A stretch of DNA of 64,000 bases from Bacillota bacterium (lineage in GTDB: Bacteria > Bacillota > Clostridia > Peptostreptococcales > Anaerovoracaceae), in contig JAQYCQ010000036.1 in NCBI GenBank assembly GCA_028724585.1, positions 2,693 to 66,692 on the forward strand, read 5' to 3'. The number at the start of each line of letters is the position of its first letter. Position 1 is the first letter of the stretch. Below are positions 59,015 to 64,000 of the stretch, piece by piece. Both the position numbers and the translations under genes were made by a program. The notes below the pieces were generated by a model. The model worked only from the letters and a program-made list of their open reading frames with translations, was not told the origin of the DNA and did no database searches.

Positions 59015-59839
59015 ATGTTAAAGAAAAATTCAAACTTAAAGAGGACCCTGGCCGTCCTGCTGGCGCTGGCCATGACACTGGCCTTTGCCGGATGCGCGTC
59101 CTCGACAGGATCGGGTTCGGACCAGAGCTCGGTATCTGACAGGTCAGCCCTTTCGGGCGAGGTTAACGGAGCATCAGGAAGCAGCTCGGCAGAGAGCGAG
59201 ACGGCGGATAAGGCCCAGTCTTTCCAGGCTATGCTCAGTTACGTAAACTATAACTATATAGAGACAGGCGATGAGTCGCAGCCTAAGCTAATCAGAAAGA
59301 TAAACGCTCAGCTGACACCTAAGGCCAACAGCGAAAGCTCCAAGGTGGAGGCAGTAGTAGACGCGCTGGCCTCTGTGCCTGAGAGCGCCAAGGGCGGCGA
59401 GAGCGTAGTGGACGGCCGCGTAGATATCAATTTCGTCAAGATAAGCGGGGGCACCGCGGTAGTGGACGTGGCTTCTTCAAATCTCGACAGCCTCAGCGAG
59501 ATGGATGAACAGTTCTTCATCTACCAGATCTCAGACTCTGTACTCAACACCTTCAGCGACATCAAGGGCGTGCGTTTCACAGTAGACGGAACAAATACCG
59601 ATGTCCTGGTGAGCATGGATATCTCACAGCCGTTCGACAGAGCCGCTGTATCGGAGTTCCTCAATGAGAAGGCTGACAGCGCTGAGGCAGCAGAAGCCTC
59701 TTCTTCAGCTGAGAGTGGAGCAGTATCGGCCGCAGGAACGTCAGACCAGACCCAGACGGGCGTAGTAAACGACGACCAGACGGCGTCGGGCAGCGCGTCA
59801 GGCAGCGGCGTAGTAGATGACGACGCCCAGCAGCAGTAA
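59015..59839 (+). CDS. Lipoprotein, GerMN-domain-like
   Basis: Lipobox LAFAGC, Ser-rich linkers at both ends, and a central ~120-aa segment resembling GerMN (..GGTAVVD......L...). Confidence 0.6.
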   Translation: MLKKNSNLKRTLAVLLALAMTLAFAGCASSTGSGSDQSSVSDRSALSGEVNGASGSSSAESETADKAQSFQAMLSYVNYNYIETGDESQPKLIRKINAQLTPKANSESSKVEAVVDALASVPESAKGGESVVDGRVDINFVKISGGTAVVDVASSNLDSLSEMDEQFFIYQISDSVLNTFSDIKGVRFTVDGTNTDVLVSMDISQPFDRAAVSEFLNEKADSAEAAEASSSAESGAVSAAGTSDQTQTGVVNDDQTASGSASGSGVVDDDAQQQ

Positions 59840-59882
59840 AGAGGATACCGCAGAGGAACAGAAGGGAAAAGGGAAGCAGTAA

Positions 59883-61142
59883 ATGTCAGAAGACAAGCAG
59901 TATGATATTAAAGATATAAATCTGGCGGCCTCCGGCCGCGAAAAGATAGACTGGGTAAGGGCGAACATGCCTGTACTGGCCGACATAGAAAAGGAATTCA
60001 AGAAGACCAGGCCTTTCGAGGGCGTAAAGATCTCCCTTTCAGTACATCTGGAAGCCAAGACAGCCTATCTGTGCGAAACGCTGGCTGCCGGCGGAGCGAT
60101 CATGTCCGTGACGGGCAGCAATATCCTGTCCACCCAGGACGATGTCGCGGCGGCACTGGCTGCGGAGGGTCTCAGGGTATACGCTGTACACGGCGAGTCC
60201 GAGGGAGACTATAAAAAGCATATAAAGATGACCCTGGCTAACGGACCGCAGATCATCATAGACGACGGCGGCGATCTGGTCAGCATGCTCCACACAGAGA
60301 TGTCAGATCTGGCTGACGGCGTATACGGCGGCTGCGAGGAGACTACTACAGGCGTCATCAGGTTGCGCGCTATGGACGCTGACGGAGTGCTCAGGTTCCC
60401 GATGGTAGCTGTAAACGATGCCAAGTGCAAGCACCTCTTCGACAACAGGTATGGTACAGGCCAGTCGGTCTGGGAGAGCATTATGCACAATACAAATCTG
60501 ATCGTGGCTTCAAAGACTGTAGTAGTAGCAGGCTACGGCTGGTGCGGCAAGGGCGTTGCCATGAGAGCCGCGGCTATGGGCGCGAGAGTCATCGTCACAG
60601 AGATAGATCCGGTCAAGGCTATAGAAGCCAGGATGGACGGCTACGATGTCATGACTATGGAAAAAGCGGCTGAGTACGGCGATTTCTTCGTAACTGTAAC
60701 AGGCTGCGACAGAGTCATCACAGAGCAGCATTTCGCTAAGATGAAGGACGGAGCCATACTCGCCAACGCCGGCCACTTCGATGTGGAGATAGACGTGGAC
60801 TGGCTCAATAAGAACTGCGCGGAGAAGAAGGAAGCCCGCGAGAACATCACAGGCTATATCCTCAAGGACGGAAAGCAGATAAACGTCATGGCAGAGGGCA
60901 GGCTGGTCAACATAGCGGCTTCCAACGGCCATCCGGCTGAGATCATGGATATGTCCTTCGCGGTTCAGGCTCTTTCGGCTCTGTACATCCTGCAGAATCA
61001 CGACAAGCTTGAGAACCATGTTATCAACGTTACAGACAGGATAGACGACCAGGTAGCGCGCAGGAAGCTGGCTGCCTGGGGCACTGAGATAGACACCCTG
61101 TCGGACGAGCAGGAGAAGTACCTGCACAGCTGGCAGCTCTAA
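59883..61142 (+). CDS. ahcY: Adenosylhomocysteinase
   Basis: EETTTGV, the NAD fold AGYGWCGKG, and GHFD.EID. Confidence 0.94.
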   Translation: MSEDKQYDIKDINLAASGREKIDWVRANMPVLADIEKEFKKTRPFEGVKISLSVHLEAKTAYLCETLAAGGAIMSVTGSNILSTQDDVAAALAAEGLRVYAVHGESEGDYKKHIKMTLANGPQIIIDDGGDLVSMLHTEMSDLADGVYGGCEETTTGVIRLRAMDADGVLRFPMVAVNDAKCKHLFDNRYGTGQSVWESIMHNTNLIVASKTVVVAGYGWCGKGVAMRAAAMGARVIVTEIDPVKAIEARMDGYDVMTMEKAAEYGDFFVTVTGCDRVITEQHFAKMKDGAILANAGHFDVEIDVDWLNKNCAEKKEARENITGYILKDGKQINVMAEGRLVNIAASNGHPAEIMDMSFAVQALSALYILQNHDKLENHVINVTDRIDDQVARRKLAAWGTEIDTLSDEQEKYLHSWQL

Positions 61143-61189
61143 CAGCGTGAGCAATGTCCGCGTGAGCGGACGCCATACGGATATTACAG

Positions 61190-61222
61190 CCGGCAGATGC
61201 CAGAGGGCGCTGCCGGTTTTTT
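61190..61222 (+). terminator. ahcY terminator
   Basis: CCGGCAG - 13 nt - CTGCCGG followed by T6. It is preceded by the hairpin GTCCGC-GTGA-GCGGAC at 61156-61171. Confidence 0.7.
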
Positions 61223-61233
61223 CGTGCATTCGC

Positions 61234-61262
61234 TTGATATGAAGGTGAACTGTCTGTAAAAT
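61234..61262 (+). promoter_or_regulatory. thrC promoter
   Basis: TTGATA, a 17-nt spacer, then TAAAAT. Confidence 0.55.
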
Positions 61263-61319
61263 AAGACGAGTGGACAAAACATGATATTGATTTCTTTAAC
61301 ATATATAAGGAGCACGTAA

Positions 61320-62795
61320 ATGATAAAGTACATAAGCACAAGGGGCGGCGGCCAGCCGCGTTCGGCAGCGTCAGCGGTTATCAAGGGCATTTCAGAGGAC
61401 AAGGGACTTTTCGTACCTGAATCTATCCCGGCTCTGCCTTTTAAACCGGGCGACATGGTCGGCAAACCATATAAGGAAGTTGCTAAGGCAGTCATCGGAG
61501 CATTCTTCGACGACTACACAGCTGATGAGATCCAGGCATGCGTAGACGGAGCTTATGATTCGAAGTTCGAGGCAGAGGACGTAGTTCCTGTAGTCCACGC
61601 GGGCGGAGCCTATTTCCTGGAGCTCTACCATGGACGCACAGCCGCTTTCAAGGATATGGCGCTCTCTATCCTGCCTTATCTCATGACTACAGCGGTCAGG
61701 AAGGAACACGAGGAGAAGAAGATCGTCATTCTGACAGCTACTTCCGGAGATACAGGCAAGGCTGCTCTGGAGGGCTTCGCGGATGTTCCGGGTACTGAGA
61801 TCGTGGTATTCTATCCTTCCACAGGTGTTAGCGAGGTGCAGAAGCGCCAGATGACAACTCAGACAGGCGACAACACTCACGTATTCGGCATAAACGGCAA
61901 CTTCGACGACGCTCAGACAGGCGTAAAGCAGATATTCGATGACGATGCTTTCAACGAAAAGGTCAACGAAGCGGGCTGCAGGCTTTCTTCAGCTAACTCC
62001 ATCAACATCGGCAGGCTCGTGCCGCAGGTAGCTTACTATGTTTACGGCTATATCAAGCTGATAGAGAAGGGAGTCATCAAGGACGGAGACCCTGTCAATG
62101 TCGTAGTTCCTACAGGCAACTTCGGCAACATCCTCGCTTCCTACTACGCTTCGCTGATGGGCATTCCTGTTAAGCAGTTCATCTGCGCTTCCAACAAGAA
62201 CAAGGTCCTCACAGACTTCATAAATACAGGCGTTTACAGCACAGACAGGCAGTTCTACGTTACAAACTCTCCTTCCATGGACATCCTCATCTCCAGCAAT
62301 CTGGAGAGGCTTCTCTATCACCTGAGCGGCGATCCGGCAGAGGTCAAGGATCTCATGGAACAGCTCTCGACCAAGGGCGTTTACGAGGTAAGCGACAAGA
62401 TCAGGAAGGGCATGGATAAGCTTTCCGGCGGCTTCGCCGACGAGCAGGAGACTCTGGACGCTATAGCTAAGATCTATGACGAGGACAATTACCTCATCGA
62501 TACTCATACTGCCGTTGCCTGGAAGGTTTACAACGACTACAGGGAAAAGACAGGCGACGAGACACCGGCTCTCATAGCTTCTACAGCTTCAGCATATAAA
62601 TTCGCGGCTGACGTAGCAAAGGCTCTCGGCATGCCTGAGGAAGAAAACGGATTCGCTTATGTAAAGGCTCTCGAGAAGAAGACAGGTGTTCCTGTACCGT
62701 CAGGCCTCAAGGACCTCGACAAGAAGGCAGTACGCCATTCAGGAGTTATAGAAAAGGACGCGCTCAGGGACGCGGTCCTCGGATCGCTCAAATAG
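61320..62795 (+). CDS. thrC: Threonine synthase (long form)
   Basis: YISTRG, the PLP lysine motif FKDMAL, and 491 aa. Confidence 0.92.
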   Translation: MIKYISTRGGGQPRSAASAVIKGISEDKGLFVPESIPALPFKPGDMVGKPYKEVAKAVIGAFFDDYTADEIQACVDGAYDSKFEAEDVVPVVHAGGAYFLELYHGRTAAFKDMALSILPYLMTTAVRKEHEEKKIVILTATSGDTGKAALEGFADVPGTEIVVFYPSTGVSEVQKRQMTTQTGDNTHVFGINGNFDDAQTGVKQIFDDDAFNEKVNEAGCRLSSANSINIGRLVPQVAYYVYGYIKLIEKGVIKDGDPVNVVVPTGNFGNILASYYASLMGIPVKQFICASNKNKVLTDFINTGVYSTDRQFYVTNSPSMDILISSNLERLLYHLSGDPAEVKDLMEQLSTKGVYEVSDKIRKGMDKLSGGFADEQETLDAIAKIYDEDNYLIDTHTAVAWKVYNDYREKTGDETPALIASTASAYKFAADVAKALGMPEEENGFAYVKALEKKTGVPVPSGLKDLDKKAVRHSGVIEKDALRDAVLGSLK

Positions 62796-62827
62796 CGTTT
62801 GGGATACGTTTCAGTTAAGGAGGAAAT

Positions 62828-63802
62828 ATGGCTTTAAAGGAAGAATACACGATCAGCTCCCAGGACGGAAAGTCGAACCTGCACTGTATCATGTGGAAGC
62901 CGCAGGGCGAGCCTGTGGCAGTGCTGCAGATAGCGCACGGCATGGTAGAGTACCTGGAGAGATACGCTCCATTCGCGGAGTTCCTCACCTCTAAAGGATT
63001 CGTAGTAGCTGGCCACGACCACATCGGCCACGGCAGCTCGGTCCGTAATACAGCCGACTGGGGCGTTATGGACTGCGAGAACCCTAACGATGTAATGGTG
63101 GACGACATGTACTTCCATTACAGGCTGCTCAACCGCCGCTTTTCGGACAAGCCGTACTTCATCCTGGGACACAGTATGGGCTCCTATCTGCTGAGGCAGA
63201 TGCTGTCGCAGAAGGCTGACCGTATCATAGGCCTGGACGGAGCGATAATAATGGGTACTGGCAGCGAGAAGGATTCCATGATAGACATGGGGCTGGCTAT
63301 AGTCAAGTTCCTCGCCGCCTTCAGGGGCTGGCGCTACAAGAGCCCTCTGGTGGCAAAGATGATGTTCACAAGACCTTACCGCGACTACGATATAACCGGC
63401 ACATATACCGAGAACAGCTGGCTGACCCGCGACAAGGAGATCGTCCATAAGTACTATAAAGATCCGAAATGCACATTTATGTTCTCTCTGGGTGCTTTCA
63501 AGGGTCTTTTCCAGGCCTGCAAGTACGACAACGATCCGGAGCACATAGATAGGATCCCTAAGAAGCTGCCGATACTGCTGGCTTCGGGAGACAAGGACCC
63601 TGTAGGCTGCATGGGCGAGGCTGTCAAGAAGGTCTATCAGGAGTTTAAGGACGCCGGGATCAAGGATGTTACCCTTAAGCTCTTTAAGGACGACCGCCAC
63701 GAGATCCTGAACGAGCTGGACCGTCAGGACGTCTATGATTATATCTACAACTGGATGAAGGCTATCATAGACAGCGGCCATTACACGAGTATAGCAAAAT
63801 AA
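62828..63802 (+). CDS. Alpha/beta hydrolase (lysophospholipase / monoacylglycerol-lipase-like)
   Basis: HGMVEY, the nucleophile elbow GHSMGS, and late D and H (DDRHEI). Confidence 0.82.
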   Translation: MALKEEYTISSQDGKSNLHCIMWKPQGEPVAVLQIAHGMVEYLERYAPFAEFLTSKGFVVAGHDHIGHGSSVRNTADWGVMDCENPNDVMVDDMYFHYRLLNRRFSDKPYFILGHSMGSYLLRQMLSQKADRIIGLDGAIIMGTGSEKDSMIDMGLAIVKFLAAFRGWRYKSPLVAKMMFTRPYRDYDITGTYTENSWLTRDKEIVHKYYKDPKCTFMFSLGAFKGLFQACKYDNDPEHIDRIPKKLPILLASGDKDPVGCMGEAVKKVYQEFKDAGIKDVTLKLFKDDRHEILNELDRQDVYDYIYNWMKAIIDSGHYTSIAK

Positions 63803-63823
63803 AATAACAGGATAGTGATCTAC

Positions 63824-63858
63824 AGACGGAGACTGCGAACGCGGCCTTCGTCTTTTTT
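63824..63858 (+). terminator. Rho-independent terminator
   Basis: AGACGGAG / CCTTCGTCT (one G-T wobble) followed by T6. Confidence 0.65.
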
Positions 63859-64000
63859 GCTTTTGCAAGGGCGGGTTATTGCATTAGCATGACATAGATT
63901 AATGAGATTGTAATTACTGGAACTATAATAATATTATTCATAGCAAGATGGATGGCAGAGGATCGTTTAATTACGATATAAATAAAGTAACTGCTGAACG

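Noticed and set aside
59840-61319. SAM or SAH riboswitch upstream of ahcY or thrC
   Set aside because: The ahcY leader is only 43 nt long. The thrC leader contains a terminator and a promoter but nothing resembling the SAM-I or SAH consensus.
63877-63888. A 12-mer (gcattagcatga) shared between the window end and the left inverted-repeat arm
   Set aside because: Many 12-mer coincidences are expected by chance among all position pairs in 64 kb, and there is no extended similarity on either side.

Overview
This is a 64 kb chromosomal window from a Gram-positive anaerobe, probably Clostridia and Lachnospiraceae-like. That inference rests on lipobox lipoproteins, a sortase-like gene, an AbrB-family regulator, a T-box leader, strong GGAGG ribosome-binding sites and about 50-55% GC. 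Almost all genes are on the + strand and most are housekeeping: csoR-copA, asnS, a polar amino-acid ABC transporter, tig-clpP-clpX-lon-engB, hpt, murA, murC (on the - strand), glmU-prs, pth-mfd, dnaE-pfkA, glmS, udp (on the - strand), ahcY and thrC. The less ordinary coding content is: (1) a class B sortase homologue in which all three catalytic residues are replaced; (2) a translationally coupled TPR / DUF4037 / DUF4125 trio; (3) a TetR regulator divergent from an operon encoding an MMPL transporter and a secreted heptad-repeat protein, with three TGAC-N5-GTCA sites between them; (4) a radical SAM / flavodoxin / small-protein cluster. The most unusual signal is non-coding. Otherwise AT-rich spacers carry GC-rich 6-bp-stem hairpins with a GGA or TCC triloop, often as twins. 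There are also three tandem 127-bp repeats in a 560-bp structured tail after copA, and a 115-bp inverted repeat (109/115 identical) bracketing a 4.9 kb block that runs from pduL to a 2-hydroxyacid dehydrogenase gene. A Trp (UGG) T-box controls a three-gene ABC transporter. I saw no rRNA, tRNA, CRISPR array, transposase or phage genes. All coordinates and motif counts come from reading by eye and have not been verified computationally.
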